Shown: in pieces, positions 34,741 through 47,513 of the stretch
How positions within the stretch are numbered: position 1 is the first letter of the stretch
Layout: every line of letters starts with the position of its first letter
DNA from: Eutreptiella sp. 'Long Island Sound 2002'
Lineage: Eukaryota > Protista > Euglenida
Direction: 5' to 3'
Length of the DNA: 64,000 nt
Assembly (NCBI GenBank): GCA_964036045.1
Contig: OZ038378.1
Coordinates: 11,532,001 to 11,596,000 of the forward strand
The notes under the pieces: generated by a model
The model's database searches: none
Told to the model about the DNA's origin: nothing
The model's input: the letters and a program-made list of their open reading frames with translations, nothing else
Translations under genes and position numbers: made by a program

Positions 34741-36611
34741 CATTTTTCACTCCAAGCTACAATAGGCGTAGGGACCGTAATAATTGTGTACATTGGCGTA
34801 GCTTATACTTGTGGGGGGGGCAAGAAATATGACACTCGATGGACAGCACAGTTCAACTTGTCTGAGAATTTTGCTTGCATCTGTGTCGTGGTAGCAACCA
34901 AAGGGTGGTGGGTAGGGGTTAGGGGTACTGATGCTACGTCACTGGTTGCCACTACACACAAATGTCTTTGTCCCGCTGTTGTTATCAGCTGATGGCTGCC
35001 CCCAGTGTGCCAGAGTGCCATGCACCTGTGCTGCATGGCACTCAAAGATTGTGCGTCCTCTCTTGTCGAGCTGCACAACCGGGGCTTGTTTGATGCCCTG
35101 GTAGTCATGGGGCGGCTTAGCAGCATGTCTCTATGACATGGAGGCTGTGTAGCCCTTGTCTGTTGCTCCCGGGCTTAGCGGAATGCTCCCCTAGCCTCCC
35201 CACCAGAGCCCACAGAACCGGTTACACACTTACCTCTCCCCTTTGCCCCCCCCCCCCCCCTTGCCTGCACCATGACGGTGTCGCCTTTACCATGGAAGCA
35301 CATTGTGGGCTCAACTGCTTATGCTTCTTTTGTGAACTGTGAAAAGTTAGAGGTGTATCGTACACACCACAACGCCCCGTTGAAGGAACGGACACAGGGT
35401 CTTTGCTTCTGCCATGAATTCTGAAACATCCCAAAAATGACAACATGTGGTTACAGATGTCTACGGAGTAACCACATTATCATAAAGCAATGGCATCGGT
35501 CGGAAAAAGTTTTGGGTGTCCACCGAACCCGCCCCATCTCAAAACAGTTCATCAAGGGGGGGGGTCCTCTCTTAAGTGGGGGGGGGTTTACCATGAGATG
35601 GGAGCCCCCTCCCCCCCATGGCCAAATTAAAGCGGTGGATGGCCGAGGTTGTCCCTTGGGGGGGGGCACTTGACGGTTCAAGCCGGTACCTGTGTCTTCT
35701 ATCACCAAGCCCAGTGCAAATGAGCGGGTTCCTACTGTTGTTTTGTTCTTCTGACCGCCTTGCAGCAGCCTGGTGATGATCTACGCACACAATACAAGGT
35801 GAACAGGAATGCGGGGATGCAGGATGCTGCTGCACTCCACCGCCTCAAGTTCCACATTCGAAGCCCATCCCCATCACCTTCGACCTCTTCTACACTTGAG
35901 CTTGATGCACAGCATGTCTCAATGGATGGTCGGTCACTGTCTCCCCACCCAAAACCTGATGGACAACATGCTTCTACAGCACTGGGTAGAGCTGTACATG
36001 GACTGACCGGAAACAGTTCAGTTGCAAGAATGACAGTGAGTGCAGTGAGTTGGCTGTGTAGGGAGGAGGGTGGAGACGCAAAACCTGATGGACAACATGC
36101 TTCTACAGCACTAATTGTGCTGTCTATGCTCCAGATTCTTTGCCGCCTTTCATATTCTGCAAGGCTGTGACTGTGGAATGTCAGTTCAGACTGTGAGAAC
36201 ATGATCAGATGCCCATTTGCCGGCTGTTTTCTTGTTGCCCATATTGTTAATTGGGGGGGCTTTTTGTGAGGGTCTATTGGGGGGGGGGGGTGAAAGCTGT
36301 GTAATTGCCCAAAAGGCTGTGCATGGTGCGCGCACCCGTCACCTGTCACCCCATGCATATGCCCAGGAGAATGGTCCCGTGGGGCTAACCAAAACAACAT
36401 CATTAGCAAGTCAGCCTCCTCATGAGGATGAGTGTTGCATGCCCCTTTGTTCATTGATCTCGTTGCCTGTGCAATTCGCTTTCCTTGCTGTATGTCGGCT
36501 TGTTTTTTGTAGACTTCTGTTTCTCAATCCGGAGGTTGGACTTTGCTCGTGTTTTACGCTCCGGTTCCACAGACGCCACGCACGCCACCCTAAGGGGTAC
36601 AGCTTCTGACA

Positions 36612-36878
36612 ATGAGCAATTTCAACTCTGTCTTTACTCCAGCTGAGCAGAAGGAGCTCAATCTTCAAAAAGTGGAGCTGAAGATTGAGAACGAGAAATA
36701 CCTTCGCAAACATCCGGAGGTGGACATTGTTCTTTCCAAGCTGATCCAAACTCTATTGGAGAAGAAACCACCCCATGGGGAAGTCAATTCTTTGGTGGAA
36801 TCATTCTTCATAGACAATGATTTGGCGCAAATGGTGGCTGACTACAACAAAGAGTCCGAGGCAGGAGCTGCCAAATGA
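36612..36878 (+). CDS. RIIAD1: RIIa (PKA dimerisation/docking) domain-containing protein 1-like, probable flagellar radial-spoke component
   Basis: 88 aa, ATG to TGA. KIENEKYLRKHPEVDIVLSKLIQTLLEKKP matches the RIIAD1 pattern (KxxNEKYLRxHxEVxxLxxxFxxxxLxxRP). Upstream pyrimidine tract and AG at ~36570. Confidence 0.8.
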   Translation: MSNFNSVFTPAEQKELNLQKVELKIENEKYLRKHPEVDIVLSKLIQTLLEKKPPHGEVNSLVESFFIDNDLAQMVADYNKESEAGAAK

Positions 36879-39800
36879 TACTCTGCGTGTGGGGCTGTGC
36901 TGAGTGGTGTGATATCGCCAAACGCAATGGTGCAGGGCAAGGGTTGGCCACTTCTGCTCCATTTCTTCATTCATCGGAGAGCAGCGCAAAAGCCCCTAGC
37001 AGTTGTTTCAACTGATTGTGGGTTTGCAGTTTGAATGTGGCGCACCTGTTTGATTATGCTGCACGCATCGGATGATGACTACAATTGCCGTGCATGGCTC
37101 CTCTCGGCACGAGCGCATGGATGCTGCTACGTTCCACACTTTAGGGTCTGCAGCACAATGGTGGCGATGCCAGCAGTGCGAATGAAGCACCAGAAGAGCG
37201 CCATGGGCTGTCCTGCTATGTGCATTGCCCGGCGGCTGGCTTCGCCAGGAGCCCAGAGTTTGATGGACCATGAATCCTGTAGCCTCGTCTGTCAAGAGGA
37301 GAGAGGCACAAGAGTCGTAGGAACCGCGTCGGCCTCTCCAACAAACACCGTCAGGATTGCAAATGGCGGAACACTGTATATACCCCTTGCGCCAGCGCGG
37401 CTTTGTGTGTGTGCAATGAGCACGGGATTTCGGTCTGACCATCGTGTTCCCTGACTTCGGCCGTGCTTGCGCGAGGAGGGGGGTGGGGGGTGAAGAGCGA
37501 TGCGAAGACCATTGCCAGCCCCCGTCTGTGTAACCCAGTCCCCACACACTGTCCTTTGTCGTGCGCGCTGCTTGTGCACGTTTGTTGCAGGATCACTTCG
37601 CTGTTTCTGTCAGGTTCTTATAACGGAACCCCCCCCCCAAAAAAAAACTGGAACCCAGACTGAGAACCCCGAACCCCGTGTAAAGCAAAAATTAGCTATT
37701 GGCGCTTGGCCCACCCACACACCTCACTAGACAAATCAGACAAGCCAGGAAAGTCTGTGGGCATGGCGGTCTAGAAGCCCAAGCTATGGAATTGCCAACG
37801 TAAATTTCGGAATTGCGTTGCATGTAGGAGGGAGGGCGGGCAGGACAGGGGATCCAAACAGAACGCCCTAACCCGCACTGTGTGCGTGTGTGCCCCTTGT
37901 TGCAGGCTTGTCCCAAAGGAATTGTCAAAATTTGATGTCACCCGAAACAAAAGCATTTTCCCCGATTTTTCTTGTCAGCTCAACAACCGTTGGCGTCGCC
38001 TGTCACATGTTTCAGTTCAGTGTTCCGCATGACTGGGCATGTAACATTTGGGTGCTGCAGACGCTTCATGTTCATTGTTGTCTGTGGCACATGATGGGGC
38101 TCTGAAAAAAGGCGTTCAGTTGAGGGGGTAGCTCTGTTGACAAAGGACCAAAAACGCAGGTTCCTGTTTCTATATTTTGGTGATGTTGCCCAAACTACTA
38201 TTTGAAGCCGCATGCTGATGGGAATTCACTTCTCATAGTTTTGCAATGTGCTTGCAAATGGTATGCGCATGTGCTCAGCACAAACGAGCAATCATTCTTT
38301 CTGACCAATGCTCTGGAAATTCCTAAATGAGTGGCAACTCTGGCTTCGATGTTGCAGTTTGGTGATTATTGGTGCATATTTTCTGTTTGTAGTTTGCATG
38401 TGACTCACTGTGGATTTCAGAGTGCTGAATCCCTTATATTGAACCGGTGGCGCCAGTAGCTTGCGCAGTAATGTGCCTATAGGTCCATGTTTTTTGCCAA
38501 CGAACTGCACGTTTGGGGTGGAGTAGATGCAGGAATTTTTGCACATGGTAGTGCTGGGCCTTCTGATGGTTTGCTTTGCTGTACACCTGACTGTTTATTT
38601 GGAACTGAGACCAGCTCTGACCTGACACGTTCTGAAGAAGTTGAATTTTTGTGCATGTCAGGTTCAGCATGGTTGTGCAACGATCTTTTTGGAAACAACA
38701 TTGGCTGTTGTATCTGTCAGCGGTACATGGATTTGGCGGTACATCCAATCGGGCATGATGAGGGTATGGACCTGTCCCTGATGCAGGTTTCTTCTTTTAC
38801 TCTGCATGGAATTGACAAGTTGTACCATACATCTGATGTAATGCTCCAATATGATGACACAGAGCAGAATGTGTCATGTGTCGTTTGATTCAGGTCGGTC
38901 AGAGTGAGTTTTGGGAACTGAGAAAATACTTTGGATGCAGTGTGAACACATTGCAAGGTTTTTGTACTGCTCAAAATACCACCCCTCTTACACCGGGGAT
39001 AGGGATATTGGGTGTAGGATAGGTATCATGAGACGCCATCCCATAGTGCACATGAGTGACAAAAGTAACAACATCAATGGCAAGCCAAGGATGGGTGAGT
39101 GTGACATGGAGGTGCAACTGTTGTTGGGTAGGTAGGTATTGGTGTTTCCTATTCGTGCAAGGACTTGTCAAGAGCAATATAGTCTTGTGACTGAAGAGTT
39201 GGTGCTTTGCTACTTTGTGAGTTAGTTGTTCCCCATTGGCGCACTTCGTCATGTGCACCCTGAATGCTAGGCGAAATCTAGTGTACAATGACACATCTGC
39301 CATCGGCCACAAGGTGTGGATGGCTGCTCCCTTGGAGTGAGGAGGTCATTTTGCAATGCGTTCTCAAGTCGCACAACGCTTGGTCCGACAAACAATATGT
39401 CATGTCTCACAGCCCTTGCGCAACTTGCCAAAGTCACTTATTTGTGTCCTTGGCACTCAAGTAATTGAGTGTGAAACCAATGGCTAGATCTTGTGGGTTG
39501 GAAATTGTCACTACTGCTGATTTTACTCATTTTACCCCCCCCCCCCCCCCCCCCACAACAATAGACCCGGGTCTAGGTGCCCTCGGAATTTGGGTTTGCC
39601 ACGTAGCCCAAGATACGGCCCGTTCTTGGTTTCGGGTCTGTTCAACACAAACTATGCGCAATCTGGGCCATTTTTGGGACGCTTCTCGGACGTATCATGG
39701 AGTTAGAGGGCAACAGAGGGCAATTTGTCACGGGGCAATCAAGGCGCACGTGGGGTGCAGCAACCGTTTCCCTTCGTTTGTCCATTTTGACTGGGTATAA

Positions 39801-40419
39801 GGGCCGTTTTGGGCCAAAAAAGGCTGTTTTGGGACACAAAATGCGCAGTTTTGGGAGGGCACCTCCCGATTTGGCACCCCCGCCCCGGGGCGCCACCGGT
39901 GAGTTTTTGGCTCAAAACTTGGATTTGGCAAGGCCACAACTTAGGGTCCATGATGACGGAGCGATGAGATGGAGCAATGGCCCAAACGGAAATGAGAAGT
40001 GCTTGCTTGCTTGTTGCTGTAAACTGTTGCAGAATGGCTTCGGCCGCTGTTCCGGAACCATACAAATTGAGCCCCGCCCCACCCACTTGTGGAACGGTTG
40101 ACACTGAACGGTTTCAAGCCAATAATTCACTAAAGGGGGTGGTGTGTAGCTAAACTCAAGTTGAAGGGTTTAAACTTGGAATCCGTGCCTACCCCAGAGA
40201 ATAGAATAATCGAGAAAAAAATGCTATGTTCAACCAAAAGGTGAATTTCATCAAGGATCCGATCAAGGACCCTAATTCGGGTGCAAGAAGCAATGAAGGT
40301 ATTTGCCAAGTTTTCAGGTTAGGTGCTCAACCTCGGTAAATGTGGTGTCGTGGTCAAGGGCCAGCCAACCATGTCACAAAAGCTTCACATTGAGGTGGTA
40401 AAAGAAACAGCTACTATTG

Positions 40420-43400
40420 GTAAGTAAGTTTGGAGGCTCCATAAGAAGCGAGTATTTTGTAAATTGAGTTGAGAAGAGCGATAGGACGATAATTTGTGGG
40501 TAGGTGTGGGTCTCCTTTTTTATATAGGAGAAAGATTTTTGCTTTAAGCCAGTGGAAGGGGATATTAGTGGTGATGAGGGTGGAGCACAAGTTGTAAATG
40601 AAAGTTTGTATATTGTGAGGGACCACAGAGAAGAGGTGGAGAGAGGTGTCATCAAAGCCAGGGGCGGTGTACGGTTTGGCGTTGGCTAGTAGTTGGTCAA
40701 AGAATTGTCTAGTGAAATGGGAATGTCGGGCGTTGTGTGGGAGTTTGAGAAAGTTAATGATGACCTGGTCGATGAAAGAGGTATCGGTGAGGGCGGGCCG
40801 CCGGGAGAGATGAGGGATTCACCCATAGATTGGCTCCACCACATACAAACTCACCAACAATACACAATATGGAGGTCTACCTAACCACCGAACAATCGAT
40901 CATATCTCCTCCATGATCACTGATCTCTCTCTGCACCCTGACATTTACCACCTCTACCTCGACCTTAATAAGGTTTTCAACTCCGTCCCCCACAACGCAC
41001 TTTGGAAAATTCTCTCCAATTACAACATACCTACCTGCGTCATTAATCTCATGAAAAATCTCTACGCCACCCCCTACCCCATAGTTAACGGTTTTGCTCT
41101 CTTCGGTGCACACTGCAACCGAGGCCTCCGCCAAGGTTGCCCCATGTCTCCGACTCTCTTTAACCTGTTCATTGACACCATCATTCTTCACATCAAAACT
41201 CTCCCTCCTACACATGAATTTAACGCCCTCTTGTCCTTCATTGACGACATCGCCCTTCAAACCAAATCACCTCACACTCTACACAAAGTTCTTCGGTTCC
41301 TATTCACCGAAGGACCCCTATACGGTTTTTCTTTCAACGGCACCAAATTGCATGCACTTAATAACGCCCCCCATGTAACCATCCTCATCTCCTCTTCCAC
41401 ACACTTTAGCACTTTCGATAACAGCGGTAATCCTCGTTCGTTTTACAAATATGTGGGTACTTACTTCTTTAACCAAAGGCAAAATACCCAAATGTACCAA
41501 CTCTTTGTGAATACCATCAACTCCTTCTTTATCAACCTCTCCACTCTCCCCCTAAATCACAACGAAATCATTAAACTCTCCACCATATACATCCATATAT
41601 ATACACACACTCGCCTACCGACTTATCTACAACTCTCTTCCTCAGGATAAACTCGATGAACTGGACTCTCTCATATGGACTCCGATCTCTAAGTTCACTA
41701 AACTCCCTTGCAGCACCCCTAATAAAATACTCCTCTCACGTGTCTTTCAGCCTTAACATCACCAAGATCTCTTTCACAACCCACTTACAAACCATCAATC
41801 ATATCCTTCGCTACTCTTTCTGTCATGGCCCCAAAAACACGAACGACATAGTCATCAATGCTCTACTCTCCGATTCCCAAGAACCCAATCTGCTTCAACA
41901 TATCACTGCTTTTTCTGCGAATTTTCTGGGTTACCACTGTCACAACATCCTCAATATTAACCCCTGCCTCCTCAATCCAATTCCTGCACACACACCCCGG
42001 CAGAAATAGCATTCACTTATTATCAATCTACCAATGATCCCCCTACATACTCCCTCACTCAGATTTCGCAACACCCCAAACGAACCACAATCTGCCACTT
42101 GGGCACTCTGGATCACCCCAATCAGCACAAAACCACCGCGATGTTCCCCGACATGACCGTGCAGATCAGTAACAACAACAGATTCCGTCTCCCCACCAAC
42201 ACCACTAACAATTCCACCGCCATATTCTTCCCTATCAAACCTCCAAACCCCCCCAGATACTACTTCCTTTCCTTATGCTTTCACCGATTCCCTTTTCATC
42301 CTTCCTTTTTTCAGTTCACTCTTGTGCACAACATACCCCCACCAAAACTGGACCACCTTCACTACTGGGGTTGCCACGACCTCAGACATGCTCTCATTAC
42401 ATATTCTGCAGCCACTGTATGTTACACACATGGTTCTCATGACCCAAAATACGACAGACCATCTAGATCAGCGGCAACATTCAACACATCACCTCCCGTA
42501 ACTATCTGCAATACTTCCTCCATCAAAGGTTCATGCTCTGCGGAGATTTTTGCTATCATTCTCATCACTCTCTTCCAAGCCCTCCCTACCCTACTCCAAC
42601 CTGAACACTGTGGTGATGACCATGCGCCTGTGACACGGGGGCGTATGCGAGCCCAGTTTCCGTTGCCTCATGGCCTACTCCAACCTATAATCTTTGCCAT
42701 CAACAATTTGAGCGTCTGAAGCACTCTCCAATTCATCCAACAAACAACATGCAACCCTTTCGCTGCCAGCACAAACCCCTTCTGTCTCTGGTACTCTCAT
42801 ATCTGGACCTTCCACCACTCCTCCCCCTTTCACATTATTTTTACTTCGATCAAGGGTCATGCAGATTTCTCCGGTAACGACTACTCCGATGCAACCTCTA
42901 AATGGTCCTCGAACCAAATCACTTACCCTCCATGGTCAAACCAACCGGGCCCCACTTACTTCATTTACCACCAACACACACACTACCTGGTAAAGTATCC
43001 CTCAAGTTTGTCAAACATTCACTTCCCGGACACTCTCACAATAACATACACCTCTCTATGAGCAAGATTTCTACCCTCACACCTCCCGGTTTTCCCGTTT
43101 TCCCTTCAAGTACGTGAACGGCCTGTACACTTGCACAGGTTACCAGCCATACCACATGGTGAACAAACACCTTTGTTCTAAATGTCAACTGAAACACCCA
43201 CTGGACCCTATTACCACAGTGACCGAGTGCACTATAATAGATCACCTACGCCATCATCAACGCCTGGCCCCCCCCTTTCAATAGACTCATTTCTGATTGG
43301 TGGACCACCACGGCACTGGGTGACCGCCGTAGATTTATCCGTACTCTAATACCAAACTCTCTCAGTAACATTCTTCGTTCGCCCCTACCAGAACTTAACT

Positions 43401-43756
43401 ACACTCACCACAGAAACTGCCTTAACACAGCCATGAAAACACAGCGCCAAAGCCTCAAAACAATACTACAAGATGTCCAACAGTGGCTCAGAGAGAATCC
43501 CATACCAGACTTACACACCCTACAACTAGACACTGCTAACAACCCCTACAAAGACCCTATCTCTGTCTACAGCACATTTGCCCATCACCTTACACAACTC
43601 TCTTTCTCCAAAATCAAATCCCCCACTTCTCTGAATAAAAACCCAAACAAAAAACGCTCCAGCGCAACACGCCGAACAGTCACTAAACACACTACTCCCC
43701 ACCGCACCACACCCGCAGTACCCACTGCAAACACATCACAGGTCACAGATCCCTAA
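40420..43756 (+). mobile_element. 5'-truncated, degraded non-LTR retrotransposon (RT plus RNase H) with an inverted 5' segment
   Basis: Minus strand ~40420-40835: TAPGFD, WLKAKIFLLYKKGD, NYRPIALLNSIYKIL. Plus strand from ~40836: TQYGGLPNHRTIDHI, YLDLNKVFNSV, GLRQGCPMSPTLFNLFID, SFIDDIAL, YKYVG. RNase H remnant YTHGS...SAEIFAI. Stops and frameshifts downstream. Confidence 0.9.
42603..42673. mobile_element. 71-bp insertion flanked by a 13-bp target-site duplication
   Basis: CCTACTCCAACCT at 42590-42602 and 42674-42686. Confidence 0.8.
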
Positions 43757-44253
43757 TACTTCAGTGTGATAGGAAAGTGAGCTCCACCAGCGACCGGGGG
43801 GTTCCCGCTCCGCACTGAAATTCCGGGAAAAGTGTCCTCCCCCTCCCCCGGTTTTTTCCCCACCGTCCTCTTTGTTCTCCTCTTCACTGTCAACTGCAGC
43901 GCCCTTCCCCCCCTCCCCAACTGCAGTTTTCGGCAACCATGACCTGGATCGCTCCCCCACTCTTTATATCTATCTTTCTTATTTTTTTCTATTTTTTTCA
44001 GCACTTTACTCAGGTCTCCACCACCTTGAAGGGTGTTCAAGTATCCATCTGGCCTCTGGTGCCAACTAGGGCAGTGTACAGTACCCAGATAGAACCACTC
44101 ACTGTGCCCTAGTCAGAACTCGAAAAGATTCATATAATAATTGCTGTATATACTTCTTCTTGCTCTGGACTTCGGCTCGCCAGGAACGCTCTTGCCCGTG
44201 GTTAGGCCGCTTTGAGTAATGCTCGCCGGGGGGCAACCCCCATGCATAAAAAA

Positions 44254-44580
44254 AGTGTGACCTATGTACAAATGTGACATATGTCACTCACAAATGTGAC
44301 ATATGTTACGCGAAAGTGTGATATGTGTCACACAAATATGAGCCATACGTCACATCAACATGTGACATATGTCACCACCACATGGCACATGGCATGCCAA
44401 AGTGGGACATATGTCACATTTCGGCAAGACATTTGTCACACAAAAATGTGACATACATTATGCAAGCATGTGATGTATGATATATGTTACGCAAAAGTGT
44501 GACACGTTTTCCGAAATTGTGCGACAGATGTCACACTTAAGTGTGTCATATGGCAAGCATCACTGTAACATATGTCACTA
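44254..44580. repeat. Array of degenerate palindromes, consensus GTGACATATGTCAC
   Basis: Perfect copies at 44274-44287 and 44362-44375, near-perfect at 44404-44417 and 44565-44578, plus several half-sites. Confidence 0.85.
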
Positions 44581-45007
44581 ATAAGTTTGTGCTGCCCATT
44601 CCTCGTGCGATCAGTGCATATCCTCTGCAGCAGCCCCTAAAAGACCATGACCATGTAATGCATGAAGTCGTGATCTAAATTCATTCATTTGGAATGGCCA
44701 GTGAGGAGTTCCGAGATGTTCTGCCCCATCCATGATCCAATGATTGACCACTATACCGGCACAATTGACGTGTGTTTTTACAACAGTGTTAGCGACATGA
44801 CATAGTTAATAGGGAGGCTCAAAAGGCCTCATAATTGAGATATGGGAGCCGAACTAAAGTTGGGATGCATCACAATAGGTTCAGAGATGGACGATCTACA
44901 CCCCCCCGTCTTCATACCATCCAGGATGCTGATTTTTAGTACAATCACTTTCTTTGAAGTATTCTCTATTGAATGGTGACCAAATTGTGCCACTGTTGCA
45001 GAATACC

Positions 45008-45060
45008 CTAACGGTTAACATTGCCGGTGCCTATTTTTAGGTCCCGGGTTCGAGCCCCAC
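45008..45060 (+). repeat. Degenerate tRNA-derived (SINE-like) fragment
   Basis: Partial A-box-like CCTAACGGTTAA and T-arm/B-box GTCCCGGGTTCGAGCCCC; no acceptor stem. Confidence 0.35.
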
Positions 45061-46522
45061 TTTTGGAACTTTGGTCCCATAAGCTCTGGGGGGGGGGGGG
45101 GGCAAAAGTAGCATTTTGGTTGCATTTAACAACAAGTGAAATGTTGGAAAACCAAATCCGGGCACTCTGCTAGGCCTCCATGTAGAAATTGCAAAAAGAT
45201 TATGGATCAGTTGATAATTCTAAAGCGGCGCCCAAAATTGCCCAGTGGGGTTCAAGCCCGGGTCCCAAAAATTTGTGATAAGGTACGACTGGAGCGCTAT
45301 CTGTACTCGCGCTTGTTTGTATACACCCCGAACAAATTCACACAACTTGCTAAAGCATCCATAAATTTGAAGATTCGAATCTACATTGTTTGAAATTCAA
45401 ATTAGATGCATGAAAATTTTTTTTGGAACTGCCATCCGCCCAGGAGTTATGGGCCACATCGGGACCAAATCGACGTGTTAAATAAATCAGCCATTACCCA
45501 ATACACTCCGCTACATGACCAGTTTTTACAACCATTCCATACCCTCAGAAAATCGTCAGTGCACTACATTTGGTACTGAATTCAAATTAGGTCCCAGATT
45601 AATATGGTCCCTATGCCTACTGCAACTTGGACAAGCGTAGCTAAAACAAAAATGGCAGGGAAGTACAGCAATTTGTGGTTTCTGAAATCATCAAGCAATC
45701 AAGCAGTAACGGAATCAAGCAAAGAATTCTGAAAAGAATTTATGGGAATTGGATAAGAGTCTCCAAGAAGCAGTGGAACCAATGAGTCCCCGTGAAACAG
45801 TTTTTTTCGTTGATAATCTAGGTGGTAATATGTCAAATGGAGCAAGATGTGTTTTGGTGCTCATGGCACATCGTTATGCCTATGTTCAATTGATTCACTT
45901 TACCACTGGTGTGTGATGAAAATTTGTGCATCCTTCATGCCTTATTTGTGCAGAAAATGTGGTATTTTGGCAGCATCGCGCTTTGGCAGGTGGGCAGAGG
46001 CAGCACACTGTGCTGTACACCGGGTTTCGCTTCTGAAAAGCCCCAGAAAATGGCATCGAATGATTAATGATGCCATTTACTGAATGGATTTTCCCGCAGC
46101 GTGTTATCTAGCCACTGGCCCCCAAGCTGTTGGGGCAAACCCACACCAAACATACATCCTCCCCATCCATCCAAAATGCCAGTTGGCAACTCCAGTCAAT
46201 GCATTGGAGCGTGCAAACTCTCCAGGTGAACGATGCCATTTCGAACGATGTACTGTTGAGCTAAGTGACAAAAAAAATCCCCAACAAATTCTCTTCTGCT
46301 CAGTCACATGCACAGAGCACCCCAAAACACTTTAAGAACGAGGGAGTGGTTGCTTGACCCGGCACAGTGTATGTTGAATCAAGTGAACAAGGGGAACAAC
46401 GGGAAACAAAACGACGAAAGAAAGAAGATGGAAAACAGGAACTAGCAGCAATAGTGCTAGGGAGATACAGCAGGCACGGGACAGAGGTCTTTCAATTGTG
46501 TACACTCATGGGTCCGCAGAGC

Positions 46523-46954
46523 TTATGCATCCGCTCTCTCATTTCCCTCTAATTGTACATGACTGGGGACTTTTATCCATTCATAACTTGCTGAGGCTGA
46601 GTCTAAAAGTTCGAGCAATTCGATCCATAAATCAACATTGAGGACTGGTCCCTTGTTGGTGACCCAAGGTTGGGCTCGCCATTTGATAGCTGAGCCTTGA
46701 AGTCCTCCGTACACGTACGAGGAGACATTTGCTACTGCAAATGTGTGGCGGTGCGTGTGCGTGCGCTTGACTGCCACAATGACTGCCATCAATTCAGCCC
46801 TATTGATGGTCCGTTTCTTGTTCACGGGGAGGTGGTTCACCTCCTCCCACAACCCTGGCTCATGGCAGCCATACCCTGCAATCCAGCCAACCCCTCCTGG
46901 CGGAGCTGGGGCGAAAATCCCCCCCCCTCTATGCCAGAGCAGGTAGACAGCCAC
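46523..46954 (-). pseudogene. RNase H domain remnant, probably from a retroelement
   Basis: TINRAELMAV, SSYVYGG, KWRAQPWVTNKGPVLNVDLW, WIKVPSHVQLEGNERADA. The first and third catalytic Asp motifs are degraded. Confidence 0.8.
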
Positions 46955-47468
46955 AGTCGTTACTCACACCTGTGGCAGCCTCACCACAGGGTGGCCCAAG
47001 GGGACCACCGTCGGTGGACGTAGGTTCAGCGCTTAAGTTTAGTGTGGAAATGACACTAGTGACATGTGACGTTGACCTGGGCTTCGCCCAGTGGGCTTCG
47101 CCCAGGTGACACCGGCAGCAAAAAGGGGGGGTGCTCCCCTCCCCCAGTAGGCAGTTGGAGTTCGACTCAGCCCTTGACTTCTACACACCGACAGGAGCCT
47201 TGGGGGCCCTTCGGTCCCTGGGCTTGCACCTCATTGAATCCCAGTAATGCACGTCTCATCCGATGATAGCATGTCTGTGGTATGTGCACTGCAATTTATG
47301 GACGAGGATGACCTCGTCACGTCAGCAGATGAGACCGTCTCCATGGGCAGTATGGACTCTGACACTTCACTGTAGCGACCTGACCCAAGGAGGGAAGGAT
47401 AGGGCTAGTCTTAGTCAACACACCGAGGGCAGAGACTTGAGGTTTGGCCACTTGGGTGTCAGCATCAT

Positions 47469-47513
47469 GCAAGACCGCAAGAAATGCCCAGGTGCCCCTC
47501 CACAGTATGTGCA
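47469..47513 (-). other. Gag-like zinc-knuckle remnant
   Basis: CTYCGGAPGHFLRSC (C-x2-C-x5-H-x4-C), on the same strand and upstream of the RNase H remnant. Confidence 0.35.

Noticed and set aside
35760-36170. Possible exon or ORF upstream of the RIIAD1-like gene, with a 33-bp internal direct repeat
   Set aside because: No recognisable homology and no convincing splice path.
47075-47107. Double hairpin TGGGCTTCGCCCA x2
   Set aside because: Explained by a 13-bp tandem duplication; no ribozyme or Helitron-end context.
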